64,000 bases of DNA. It comes from an uncultured bacterium (GTDB lineage: Bacteria > Krumholzibacteriota > Krumholzibacteriia > G020349025). The translations under genes and the position numbers were made by a program. The notes beneath the pieces are model-generated. The model did no database searches and had not been told where the DNA came from. It worked only from the letters and a program-made list of their open reading frames with translations. Positions within the stretch are counted from its first letter, which is position 1; each line of letters starts with the position of its first letter. Positions 47,795 through 59,300 of this stretch are shown one piece after another. The stretch spans positions 7,401 to 71,400 of the forward strand of contig CAZMNW010000020.1 of assembly GCA_964567755.1 (NCBI GenBank), written 5' to 3'.

Positions 47795-48372
47795 CGCAAC
47801 CCAGGGAATCACGCTCCACGCCGTTGTCGTGCGCGCGCGCTCAGGTGCTGCTCGAGATGGCATTGGACCAGGAGCTCGACCCCAGGCGCGAAGCGCAGTT
47901 TCGCACCCATCTCGCCGGCTGTGCTGCCTGCCGTGAAGAGTTCGAGTCGGCGCAACGCGTCCAGGGAGTTCTACGTCAGCTCGGGACGACCATATGTCCC
48001 GAAACGGTCGCGGTGGCAGTACGCGCACGTATCGAAGCTGAGGACAGTCGTCGCGAGGGCTGGATGACGGCCTTGCGTCGAAAATGGGAAGCCGCCTGGC
48101 GCCCGACTCTGGGCGTGGTCGGCGTGGCCGCGACTGCGTTGGTCATCGCGTTGCTGGCGCGCCCACCAGCCCGACCTGCGGGCGAAGCGGCGGCGGTGGC
48201 GCAGGCGGAAGAAGAAGTGCGGTGGGCCCTGGCATACGTCGCGGAGGTCACGCGACGGGCCAGCGACGAGGCGTTGGACCGCACGCTCGGAGACATCGTG
48301 GGCAACGTGATCGGCCGACAAGTGGTCGTCCCGGTCACGGATGCCGTCGGCAAATCACTGAAGGAGGAATGA
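47791..48372 (+). CDS. zinc-binding anti-sigma factor (ZAS-type)
   Basis: 'HLAGCAAC' is an HxxxCxxC motif, with a central TM helix. ATGA overlap with the sigma gene. Confidence 0.7.
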   Translation: MTQPRESRSTPLSCARAQVLLEMALDQELDPRREAQFRTHLAGCAACREEFESAQRVQGVLRQLGTTICPETVAVAVRARIEAEDSRREGWMTALRRKWEAAWRPTLGVVGVAATALVIALLARPPARPAGEAAAVAQAEEEVRWALAYVAEVTRRASDEALDRTLGDIVGNVIGRQVVVPVTDAVGKSLKEE

Positions 48373-49067
48373 GAGCCATGAACGAACGCGAAGCGATTGC
48401 GCAAGAATGTCGCCTCCGGGCCGTGCGAGCCCCGCGCTCGCGACAGCGCCTGGGGCTGTGCAGCCGGGGCGCCGTACTCGGACTCCTGCTCTGGCCCTGC
48501 ATGGGTGCCACGGAAGAGAGCAAGCGAGCGGATTACAGCAAGGATGCGGGATACGTGGACTTCGAATCGCTCGGCCTCTTCAACGAGGAAGATGCCGTGG
48601 TCGAGATCTATCTGCACGATGCGCTTTTGGGTATGGTGGCATCGATGTCGAAAAGCGCCGACCCGGAGCTTTCCGACATGTTGTCGAAGCTGAAGCTCGT
48701 GCGCGTGCAGAAGTTCGAGATGGGTGACGCGCTAGGATCGGAAGTGGAGACCAAGGTTTCTGGTCTGGCGGCCAAGCTGGAGAAGGGCGGATGGACGAGG
48801 GCCGTGCGCGTGCGCGAGGCCGACGAGAACGTCTATGTTTATTTCAAGATGGGCGAAAAGTTGTTGCAGGGCATCACGGTGATGGCGATCGAGCGGGATC
48901 GGGAAGCGACGTTCGTCAACATCGTCGGCGAGATCGACCCTGAACAAATCGGCCGGCTGGGGAAGAAGTTCGACATCGACGAGTTGCACGATCTCCAGGA
49001 TTGGGACAAGGGCAAGGATCGGGCGCGCGAGGAGCCGAAAAAGAAGGACAAGGACCAGAACGACTAG
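48369..49067 (+). CDS. DUF4252-like secreted protein
   Basis: Signal peptide followed by a Lys/Asp-rich tail. The gene context (sigma/anti-sigma) is typical of DUF4252. ATGA overlap with the anti-sigma gene. Confidence 0.55.
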   Translation: MRAMNEREAIAQECRLRAVRAPRSRQRLGLCSRGAVLGLLLWPCMGATEESKRADYSKDAGYVDFESLGLFNEEDAVVEIYLHDALLGMVASMSKSADPELSDMLSKLKLVRVQKFEMGDALGSEVETKVSGLAAKLEKGGWTRAVRVREADENVYVYFKMGEKLLQGITVMAIERDREATFVNIVGEIDPEQIGRLGKKFDIDELHDLQDWDKGKDRAREEPKKKDKDQND

Positions 49068-49088
49068 CGCTGCCCGTTGGAGGTCGCG

Positions 49089-49661
49089 ATGAAACCGGGT
49101 CTGCGCGCTTGGATCTTGGGGGCGCTGTTGCCGGCGGTGACGGGCTGCCTGTGGACGCCCGAGCTGTCGGAGATCCAGCGCGAGATCGAGCGCCAACTGC
49201 CTGGCGCGCGCTTCGAGAAGGACGTGCGCATCAGCTTGGGGCCGCTGTCGCTCGGACTGGCGCGGTTCGCCACCGGCTTCATTCCGGAAAACGTGGCCCC
49301 GGAGGCGCGCGAAGCGCACGACTATCTCCAGGACGTGCGCCGGGTGCAGGTCGCGCTCTACCGCACACTCGAGCTGCCGACGTTGCAGGACGTGCGTCTG
49401 CCACAGCATCTCAAGGCCCGCATCCGCGACGAGGGCTGGCATCTGGCGGTGAAGAAACAGCAGCCGACGGAGCTCGTCTGGGTGCTGACGCAAGAAGAGC
49501 AGGGACTGGTGCGCGACATCTACGTGATCCTGCTCAACAGCGACAATCTGGTGCTCGTGCGCGTCCAGGGCCGGATGGACCAGCTGCTGGCCAAGGCGAT
49601 GGAGAATCGCGCCGGCGAGCTGCCGCAGATGCTCGGTCTCGATCTCAGCCTCCAACAGTAG
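49089..49661 (+). CDS. lipoprotein, possible second DUF4252-like paralog
   Basis: Lipobox 'AVTGC'. RBS GGAGG. Confidence 0.5.
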   Translation: MKPGLRAWILGALLPAVTGCLWTPELSEIQREIERQLPGARFEKDVRISLGPLSLGLARFATGFIPENVAPEAREAHDYLQDVRRVQVALYRTLELPTLQDVRLPQHLKARIRDEGWHLAVKKQQPTELVWVLTQEEQGLVRDIYVILLNSDNLVLVRVQGRMDQLLAKAMENRAGELPQMLGLDLSLQQ

Positions 49662-49779
49662 TCGCACGCGTGCGTGCTTCCCCTCGTTCCCAGGATGCTA
49701 TAGTGCGTGCGGCGCGTCTTTTGCGCCATGCGGAGCGCTCGATCGCGTCCTGCGTGGACCGAACCTGCGGGAGGAGCAC

Positions 49780-50328
49780 GTGGCGGAACCCGGCGTGGAA
49801 ATAGCGACGCTCGCCGGCGGCTGTTTCTGGTGTCTCGAAGCCGTCTTCGAGCAGCTGCAAGGCGTCGTGCGCGTCGAATCCGGCTATGCGGGCGGCAGTG
49901 TTCCGCATCCAACCTACGAGCAGGTCACAAGCGGCAGGACTGGGCACGCCGAGGTCGTGCAAGTGACCTTCGATCCGCGGGTCATTGCATTCGAAGAACT
50001 GCTGCGCGTGTTTTTCACCATTCACGACCCGACGACGCGGAATGTGCAAGGTGCCGATGTCGGCACGCAATATCGTTCGGCGGTGTTTTGCCACACGCCC
50101 GAGCAGCTCGCCACTGCCATTGCCGTCATGGCCGAGCTGGACGCGGCGCATCTCTACGACGCGCCGATCGTGACCGAGATCGGCCTGTTGCGCGGCTTCT
50201 ATCGCGGCGAGGACTATCATCAGGAGTACTTCCGCCGCAATCCGAACCAGCCCTACTGCGCCGCCGTCGTCGCACCCAAGGTGGCGAAGTTTCGCCAGCA
50301 GTGGTTGGCCAAGCTGAAGACGAAATAG
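49780..50328 (+). CDS. msrA: peptide-methionine (S)-S-oxide reductase MsrA
   Basis: 'GGCFWCLEAVF' active site. 'GYAGG', 'HAEVVQVTFDP'. GTG start with GGGAGGAG upstream. Confidence 0.9.
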   Translation: MAEPGVEIATLAGGCFWCLEAVFEQLQGVVRVESGYAGGSVPHPTYEQVTSGRTGHAEVVQVTFDPRVIAFEELLRVFFTIHDPTTRNVQGADVGTQYRSAVFCHTPEQLATAIAVMAELDAAHLYDAPIVTEIGLLRGFYRGEDYHQEYFRRNPNQPYCAAVVAPKVAKFRQQWLAKLKTK

Positions 50329-50342
50329 CGCACGCGCGATCT

Positions 50343-53300
50343 CTACTTGACGACGACGATCTTGCGCGTGATCGTGTGCCCTTCGGAGCGCAGGCGCAGG
50401 AAGTAGACGCCGGAGTCGAGACTGTGGCCGCGATCGGTGGTTGCATTCCAGTCGATCTGCAACCTGCCGGGGGGACGAGTCTCGTGCAGCAACTGGCGCA
50501 CGAGCCGCCCGCGCGCATCGAAGATGCTCATTTCTACCGTGGCGCGTCGGTACAGCATGTATCGCAGGAGCGTGTGATTGCGCAACGGATTGGGGAACAC
50601 CTCGAGACGTTCGGCGAAGCGCAGGGTGTCATCGATGCGTGTCGAGCGAATCTCCACCGCCACGGCCGCCCAATCGACGGGGGAAGAGAAGCTGCCGCTC
50701 GTCGTGTGATCGCCGGCATCGACCGCGCGATCCTGCACCTCGATGGATGCAGTCGCCTGCGGCGTGCCGCTCGCGGCGCGGGCGCGCAGGAACGTGCCGT
50801 CGGTGCGCACGTGATCGCGATCGCGGAGCGCGACGGCGCGATAAACGATGCCGCCGTCGGTGAGCGTGGTGAGGAACCAGTCGTAGCGAGCGCTCTCGCC
50901 GCCGTCTTGGCAGCTCGCATCGAGCCCGCTGGTGTTCGCCGCCGTCACGCTGCCGAGCGGATCCTGGGGGTCGGCGCCGGAATAGCGTGAAACGGCGAGG
51001 ACCGCATGCTCGACCGGGGCGGCGAAAACGGCGGCAATCGACCCCGGAGTTGGTGCCCCACGCGCCATCCACAGCTCCAACCCGGTCTCGCCCTGCGCAC
51101 CGCATTGCGTTTTCACGCGTGTCCATTGCAAGCTCATGCCTTGCAGGCCCATGACCTGTCCCAAGGGTTGGCTCGAGATCGCGGCGAGATAGAGATCGCC
51201 GGCCGCGGCAGAGAGCGCGCTCTCGGTCTGCACCTGGATGGCGAAGGTCGCGGCACCCGTTGTGCTTTCACGGTAGGTGACGCCGCGTCCCTCGACGCCG
51301 ATGCGGACGGCCGCGTCATGCATGGCGGTGCCGTCGCTGGCGCGATAGGTGAAGCCATCGGTGCCGGTAAAGCCGGGGTCGGGTGTGTAAGTGAACGAGC
51401 CGTCGTCGTGGAGATCCAGCTGCCCGTACTGCGGTGCGTCGAGCACGAAAGCGGACAACGTGTCGCCATCGGCGTCCGTGTCGTTGACCAGCAGACCGGG
51501 GGCGTGAGGCTGCAGACTGGCGCCGGCGACGACGAAAAAGGAGTCCGAACGCGCAATGGGTGCATCGTTCACGCGCGACACCTGCAGCGAGACTGCCCCG
51601 TGCCGCACCGCGCCGGCAGGATCGGAGACCGCGTAGACGAACAGGTCGCTGCCCGAATAGTCGGGAAGCGGAATGTAGACGAAGGAGCCGTCGCGACGGA
51701 GCGTGACGCCGCCATGCGCGGCCCCGCTCACCAGCGCCGCAGTCATCGCATCGCCCTCGACATCGAGATCGTTGCCGAGCAGGCCGGGAGCATCGACGCG
51801 CAACGTGTCATCCTCGGTGACGGTGAAATCGTCCGCGCCGGGGAGCGGCGCATCGTTCACTGCGGCGATGGCGAGCGTGACTTGTGTCGTCGCGAATGCA
51901 CCCGCGGCGTCGCGTGTGGTGTAGACGAAGCCATCGCTGCCATGGAAATCGAGCGCTGGCATGTAGGTGAACGAGCCATCGCTGCGCAAGGTCAGCGTCC
52001 CGTGCGCCACCATGGTTTGCAGCTCGGTCTGCAACGGCTCGCCATCCACATCGCTGTCGTTGGCCAGCACGCCCGGCGTCCCGATGTCGAGCGGCATGTC
52101 TTCGTCGAGGCCATACGAATCCTGCAACGCCACCGGTGGATCGTTGACCGGCAGAACCATGAGGGTGACCTGCGCGTTCGCACTGCGTCCGGTGCCATCG
52201 TCGGCGGCGTAGTCGAAGCTGTCGCTGCCATGCCAATCGGCGTCCGGAACGTAGCGGAACGCCCCATTCTCGCCGAGCAGCAACGTGCCGTGCGCGGGGG
52301 AACGAACGATCTGCGCGCGCAGAGCATCGCCGTCGGCGTCTTGGTCGTTGGCAAGAACGCCTGGCGCATCGATCATCCACTCGCTGTCTTCGGCGCCGTT
52401 CCAGGTGTCTGCGAGCGGGCGTGGGACATCTGGGATCGCACCGACCTGGATGTGCACCGTGCCCGTGGCGATGCCGCCGGCGTTGTCGTCGACGATGTAG
52501 GTGAAGCTGTCGGGTCCGTGGGCGTCGGGCGCGGGTGTGTAGACGAAGCCGCCTTCAGCGCGCAGCTGCAGCGTTCCGTGCAAGGGCGGCGTGCCCGGAC
52601 GCACGGTCAATGCATCGCCATCCACATCCTGATCGTTGGCAAGCAAACCAGGAGCCGGCAGATCGAGCGCCCTGTCCTCGTCGGTACCGAACGTATCGTC
52701 GAGGGCCGTTGGCGCATCGTTCACCGGGGCGACCGTGAGGGTCACGGTCCCCACGGCGTTGCCGCCATGGCCGTCGTCGGCGATGTAGGTGAAGTGGTCG
52801 GCACCATGATAATCGGCTGATGGCGCATAGGTGAATGCACCGTTCGGTTCGAGTCGAAGCGTGCCGTGCTCGGGGGCCGCCTCGAGCCGCAGCGAAATGG
52901 CATCGCCATCCACATCGAGATCGTTGGCGAGCAGTCCCGGAGCTTCGACAACGAGGACGCCATCCTCGTCGACACTCAGCGCATCGTTCCCGGCGCTGGG
53001 TGCGTCCTGGATGGGATGCACTGTGAGCGCCACGGTCTCGATGTCGCTGCCGCCGTTGCCGTCGCGCACTTCGATGGTGAACGCATCGGTGCCATGGAAA
53101 TTCACCTGTGGCACGAAGGTGAAACCACCGTCGGCACTGACCGTGACGGCACCGTGCGCCGCGGGAGTGGCGAGAGACGCCACGAGCGCATCCCCATCCG
53201 CGTCAGTTGCGCCGACCAGAACGCCCAAAGAAGCGATCGTGAGCCCGACATCTTCGTCGGTGGCGTACGCGCTCGCGGCCGCCGTCGGTGCGTCGTTGAG

Positions 53301-56300
53301 CGGCTGCACGGTGAGGACGACGTTGCCGTCACGCGTCTCGCCCTTGCCATCGTCGACGCGGTAGCTCCAGCCATCCGTGCCGTGGAAATCACGCTCCGGT
53401 GTGAAGACGAAGGCTCCGGTTGCCTCCAGGCTCAACGTTCCATGCGCGGGTGCGCCCACGAGCGTGACGCGGAGCACGTCTCCGTCCACATCGGTGTCGT
53501 TCCCGAGCACTCCAGGCGAGGCCACCACGAGCAGCGTGTCCTCGTCGACGGCATAGACCTCGCCGTTCACGGAGGGGGCATCGTTCACACTGCGAATTTG
53601 CACGCTGCAGGTCGCGGTGTGGCTGCCGCCACGACCATCCTGGATCGTGTACGTGAAGTTGTCGCTGCCGAAGGCATTCGGCTCCGGCGTGTAGCGCAAG
53701 GCGCCGTCGGCGCCGAGCACGACACTGCCGCGCGCAGGACCGCTCGCGAGAGTCGGGGTCAAGGGATCGCCGTCCACATCGGCGTCGTTGGCGAGGATGC
53801 CTGGAGCCGGCACGACGAGACTCGCGTCCTCGTCGGTCGCGTAGGCGTCGGCGACAGCGACGGGTGCATCGTTCACCTCACGCACGAGCAGCGTGACGCT
53901 GCCGGTGCTGCTGGCGCCGGCCGGGTCTCGGAGCGTGTAGGTGAAGGTGTCGGGTCCGTGCGAGTGCGGCACCGGAGTGTAGGTGAAGCCGCCATTGGCA
54001 GCAAGAGCGAGCGCCCCATGCTGCGGTGGCGTATTCACGGTGGCGCTCAGAATTTCATTGTCGACGTCGGAGTCGTTCCCGAGCAGACCGGGAGCATCGA
54101 CGACGAGAGCGATGTCTTCGTCGGTGGTGTAGCCATCGGCTGTGGCCACGGGACGATCGTTGACACCACGCACGGGAAGCGACACGGAGCCCACAGCCGT
54201 GGCGCCGCTCGGGTCGCGCGCCGCGTAGGTGAAGCCGTCGCTGCCAGCATAGTCCGCATGCGGCGTGTAGGCGAAGGCGCCGTTGGCTTGTAACACCAAC
54301 GCGCCGTGGATTGGCGCCGTCGCCACCGTGACCGTGATTGCGTCGCCGTCGACATCGACATCATTGCCGAGCACGCCGGGCGAGCTGACGGCGAGCACGA
54401 TGTCCTCGTCGGTGGCGTAGGCGTCCGACGCCGGGCGCGGGGCATCGTTGAGGGGCAGGACGGAGATGGACACCGCGCCCGAGCTCGTGGCGCCGGCGGG
54501 ATCCCGCACCGAGTACACGAACGCATCGGCACCGTGCGTGTCGGGCGCGGGCGTGTAGGTGAAGGCGCCGTTGGCGGCGAGGATCAATGTTCCGTGCGCG
54601 GGTGGTGTCGTGACCGACACGGTGAGTCCCTCGCCGTCCGCATCCACATCGTTGCCGAGCACGCCGGGCACGGCGATCGTGAGCGCGAAATCTTCGTTCG
54701 TGGCGTACGCATCGGCACCGGCGAGCGGAACATCGTTCACCGCATTCACGCTCAGCGTGACCGACCCGGTCACCGAGCCACCGTTGGGATCGCGCAACGT
54801 GTAGGTGAAGGCATCCGGGCCGAAGTAGTGTGCCGCGGGTGTGTACGTGAAGCTGCCGCCCGTGCCGAACACGAGTGTGCCGTGCACGGTTGGGCTGGCG
54901 ATACTGGCGCTCAGCACATCGTTCTCGATATCGGTGTCGTTGGCGAGAACGCCCGGAATGGCGACCACGAGCGCCACGTCTTCGTCGGTGGCATAGGCAT
55001 CGGCAGCGGCGACGGGCGCGTCGTTCACCGGTTGCACGGTGAGCGTGACCGTCCCGAGTCCGGTGGCCCCGTTTGCATCGCGCACGGTGTAGGTGAACGC
55101 ATCCGGGCCGAAGTAGTGGGTCGCGGGTGTGTAGGTGAAGCCGCCATTCGGATTGATGGTGAGACCGCCATGTGTGGGTGGGGCGGCGGCGCTCGAGGTC
55201 AGCACGTCGTTCTCGATGTCGGTATCGTTGCCGAGCACGCCCGGGCCGGCGATGACGAGCGCTACATCTTCGTTGGTGGTGTAAGCGTCGGCCGTGGCGA
55301 GCGGCGCATCGTTCACCGCGGCCACGGTGAGAGTGACCGAACCGGTGGCGGTAGCCCCGCTCGGGTCGCGCACTGTGTACGTGAAGGTGTCTCCCCCGTT
55401 GTACTGCGGCGCGGGTGTATAGACAAAGGCGCCGTCGGCGCCGACTTGTAGAACGCCGTGCGCGGGAGGCGCGGCAACGCTCGCGCTCAGCGCGTCGCCA
55501 TCGATGTCCGCATCGTTGCCGAGAACTCCGGGGGGCGCGATCGTGAGCGGAGTGTCCTCGACGGCGGCAAACGCATCGTTCTGCGCCGCGGGCGGGTCGT
55601 TGCGCGCGGCGACGAACAGCACGACGGTTTCCACGTCTTCCGCACCACTCGCATCGCGCGCCTTGTACGTGAAGCTGTCGCTGCCGTTGGCGTCGCGGTC
55701 CGGTGTATACGTGAAGCCGCCCGCGGCTGCCAGCACCAGGGTACCGCGCTGAGGTGGCGTCACCACGGCGGCGGTCAGAGGATCGCCGTCGATGTCGGTG
55801 TCGTTGCCGAGCACACCAGGGGCCGAGATGGTGAGCACATTGTCTTCGTTGGTGACGAAGCCGTCGCTCGCAGCACTGGGAGGGTCGTTGACCGCGGTGA
55901 TCGTGAGGTTCATCGCAGCAGCGTCGCTGGCTCCGCTCGGATCGCGCAAGGTGTAGGCAAAGCCATCGCTGCCGTAATAGTTCGCGCCCGGCATGTAGGT
56001 GAAGCTGCCGTTGGCATTCAACGCCAGTGTGCCATGCGCCGGTGGCGTCTCGACCACCGCCTCGAGCACGTCGCCGTCGATGTCGGCATCGTTGCCGAGC
56101 ACACCGGGAACGGTGCGGACGAGGAGCACATCCTCTGGGATCGCGGCGGCGTCGCTGCTGGCGATGGGAGGATCATTCACCGCGGCGACGGAGAGGGTCA
56201 CGGTCCCGGACGTCGTGCCTCCCTTGGCGTCGCTCAAACCATAGGTGAAAGTATCTTGGCCATTCCAGTCGGCCTCGGGCGTGTAGACGAAGTCGCCTTC

Positions 56301-59300
56301 GAATCCAAGGACGACGGTGCCGTGATCGGGTGGGGAGACGATGCTCACCAACAGAGCGTCGCCGTCGGCGTCTAAATCATTGCCGAGCACGCCTGGGGCG
56401 GCGACCGCGAGATCCAGATCCTCGGTGGCGAGCCAGCCGTCGCCGGTCGCGACCGGCCAATCGTTGACCGCGCGGACGACGAGAGTCGCGCTCGCCGACG
56501 CGGTCGCGCCAGCCGCATCGGTCACTCGGTAGGTGAAGCCGTCAGTGCCGGCGAAGTCGAGGGCCGGAGTGTACCTCAAGCCACCGTTCGCATCGAGGAC
56601 GAGCGTGCCATGCTGTGGCGGGCTGGTGACAACGACGGTCAAGACGTCGCCATCCAAATCGGAGTCGTTGCCGAGCACACCGGGCGCCGCGCGCACGAGG
56701 GCTTGATCCTCGTCCAACAGAAGCACATCGGCCGCCGCGACGGGCGCGTCGTTCACCGGGCTCACGGTCAGGGTCACCGTTTGTGCATGGATGCCGCCCT
56801 GTCCATCGCTCACGCTGTAAGTGAAGGCATCGCTGCCGTTGAAATCGGCGTCGGGGATGTAGGTGAAGCCGCCGTTTGTGACCAACGTGAGCGCCCCATG
56901 CGCGGGGGGAGCGCTGAGCGTCACCGTGAAGGCGTCGCCGTCGACATCGACATCGTTGCCGAGGACGCCGGGTGCGTCGATCACGAGCGTGGCGTCTTCC
57001 GCGACGCCGTAGCTGTCGGCTGCGGCGACCGGTGCATCGTTGACCGCGCTCACCGTGATGCCGACGGCCGCGGTGGCAGTGCCGCCTTGGCCATCGCTCA
57101 CGCTGTAGGTGAAGCCGTCGACGCCATTGGCATCGGCGTACGGCGTGTAGGTGAAGCCGCCATCGGGTTGCACCACCACGATGCCGCGCGTGGGTGGGGT
57201 GCTGACGATGGGGATCAGGACATCGCCATCCAGATCGGCGTCGTTGCCGAGGATCCCCGGTGCCACGATGGAGACGGGCGTGTCTTCGGCTGTGGCATGG
57301 TTCTCCCCGGCGGCCGTCGGCGCGTCGTTGACCGGGGTCAAGCTGAGCGCGACGCTGCCGGTGTCGGTGCCGCCATTCACGTCGCGCAATTCATAGGTGA
57401 AGACGTCGGATCCATGCGCGTTCGGGTTCGGCGTATAGGTGAAGCTGCCGTTGGGAGCGAGCACGAGCGTACCTCGCGCCGGGGCACTCACGACCGTCAC
57501 GGTCACCGGGTCGCCCTCGGGGTCGACGTCGTTCGCCAACAGCCCGGGCGCCATGGTCTCGAGGACCTGATCCTCGAGCGTGGTGAAGGCATCGTCGATC
57601 GCGCGCGGAGGATCCTCGACGGCAGCGATGGCGAGCGTCACGGAGCCCGTGTCGCTGCCGCCACGGCCATCGCTCACCACGTAGGTGAAGGAGTCAGCGC
57701 CGTTCCAGTCCAAGTTCGGCGTGTAGGTGAAGGATCCGTTGCTGGCGAGACTCAGGCTGCCGTGCGCCGGAGCGTTCCCCACCTGCACGGTGAGTGCATC
57801 GCCGTCCAAATCCGAGTCGTTGGAGCACAGTCCGGGCGCGGGCACGACCAGCGGAGTGTCCTCGTTGGTGGCATGGCTCTCGTCCACAGCCACGGGTGGG
57901 TCGTTCACGGCCGTGACCGTGAGCGTCACGGTCGCGGGATCGAGCCCGCCGCGACCGTCGTCGGCGACATAGCTGAACGCATCCGGACCGTTGTAGTTGG
58001 CGCTCGGCAAATAGCTGAAGCCGCCATTCGCGGCCAACGTCAGTGCTCCGTGCGTGGGCGCCGCGGTCAGGAGGACGGACAGCGCATCGCCGTTGGCATC
58101 GGTGTCGTTGACCAGCACGCCGGGCGCCGCGACGGTGAACGGAGCGTCTTCGCTCGCGGTGTAGACATTGTCCGCGGCCACGGGCACTGCATTGGTGCCG
58201 CCACCTCCCGGCAAGGTCTCGATCACGAGGACGGGGGGTTCGGAACCCTCCTTCGAGCTGTACTCGACGTTGTTCGTCGAGGCGTTTTGCAGGCCGAAGC
58301 TGTAAGTGCCATCGCCACGGATGGCGGTGGTGACGTCGAACTCGACCCAGTCGTCTGTGTCGACGGAGGCCGCCGATCCGAGCGGGGTTCCCCCGATCAC
58401 CGGCGCGTTCTGCCAGGTGAGCGTCTCTTCCGTCCAGGCCGTGGTGGTGGCCGGGAAGTAGTTCGAGACGCGATAGAGCGAGCCGCCGTCGGGGCCGCTG
58501 TTGGTGACGAAAAGGCGCAGCTTGGCGCGATAGACGCTGGTGCCGACACCGGTGATATTGAACTTGAGGAAGCTGCGGTAGCTTACGACGTCGGCTTCGA
58601 CGCGCAGGTCTTGGTTGCTGCCGTCCGTCTTGGACGGCGTCCCCGTGTTGCCGCTGGCGTCTTCGAGCGGCGCGAGCGTGAGCGTGAGCGGCGTGACGTT
58701 GAGCGTCACGTTCGTCGTCGCGCTCTGCAAGCTGCCATCGGAGGCGCGGTAGGTGAAGCCGTCGAGACCGTAGAAACCTGCCTGCGGCGTGTAAGTGAAA
58801 GAGCCGTTGGCGGCGAGTGAAAGGGTGCCATGCAATGGGTTCGCGACCAGAACAGCCGAGATCGCCGTGTTATTGGGATCGCTGTCGTTGCCGAGCACGC
58901 CGGGAGCGCTGACGCTCAGCGCTTGCTGCATCACCGTCGAGTAGGAATCGTAGCCGGCGACGGGGGGATTGTTGGCCGGCGGCGTCGTGCTGACGGTGAC
59001 CGTCACTGGATCGGTGCTGGCGAGGATGCCATCGCTGCCGCGTAGGCGCAGAACATAAGCACCCGTGAGCGAGAAGGTGGCGTAGGTCTCGGCGCTCGTG
59101 GAGCTGCTGAAGCTGACAGTGCCAGGGCCGCTCACCTTGCTCCACGTGAGCGTGAGCGTCGATGACCCCGGGTCGCGGTCGTCGTCGGCCTGGCCGCGCA
59201 GCCGGGCCTGCTGCGCGATGCCGATCGCCAAATCCGGGCCGGCGTTGACGCATGGCGCTTGGTTCGTCGTCGTGCCGTCGAAGGGTTCCCGGTCGATCAC

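Noticed and set aside
51300-58930. A possible CRISPR array suggested by regular about-285-bp periodicity
   Set aside because: The repeats are long, coding, in-frame protein-domain repeats without unique spacers. No cas genes are present. Not CRISPR.
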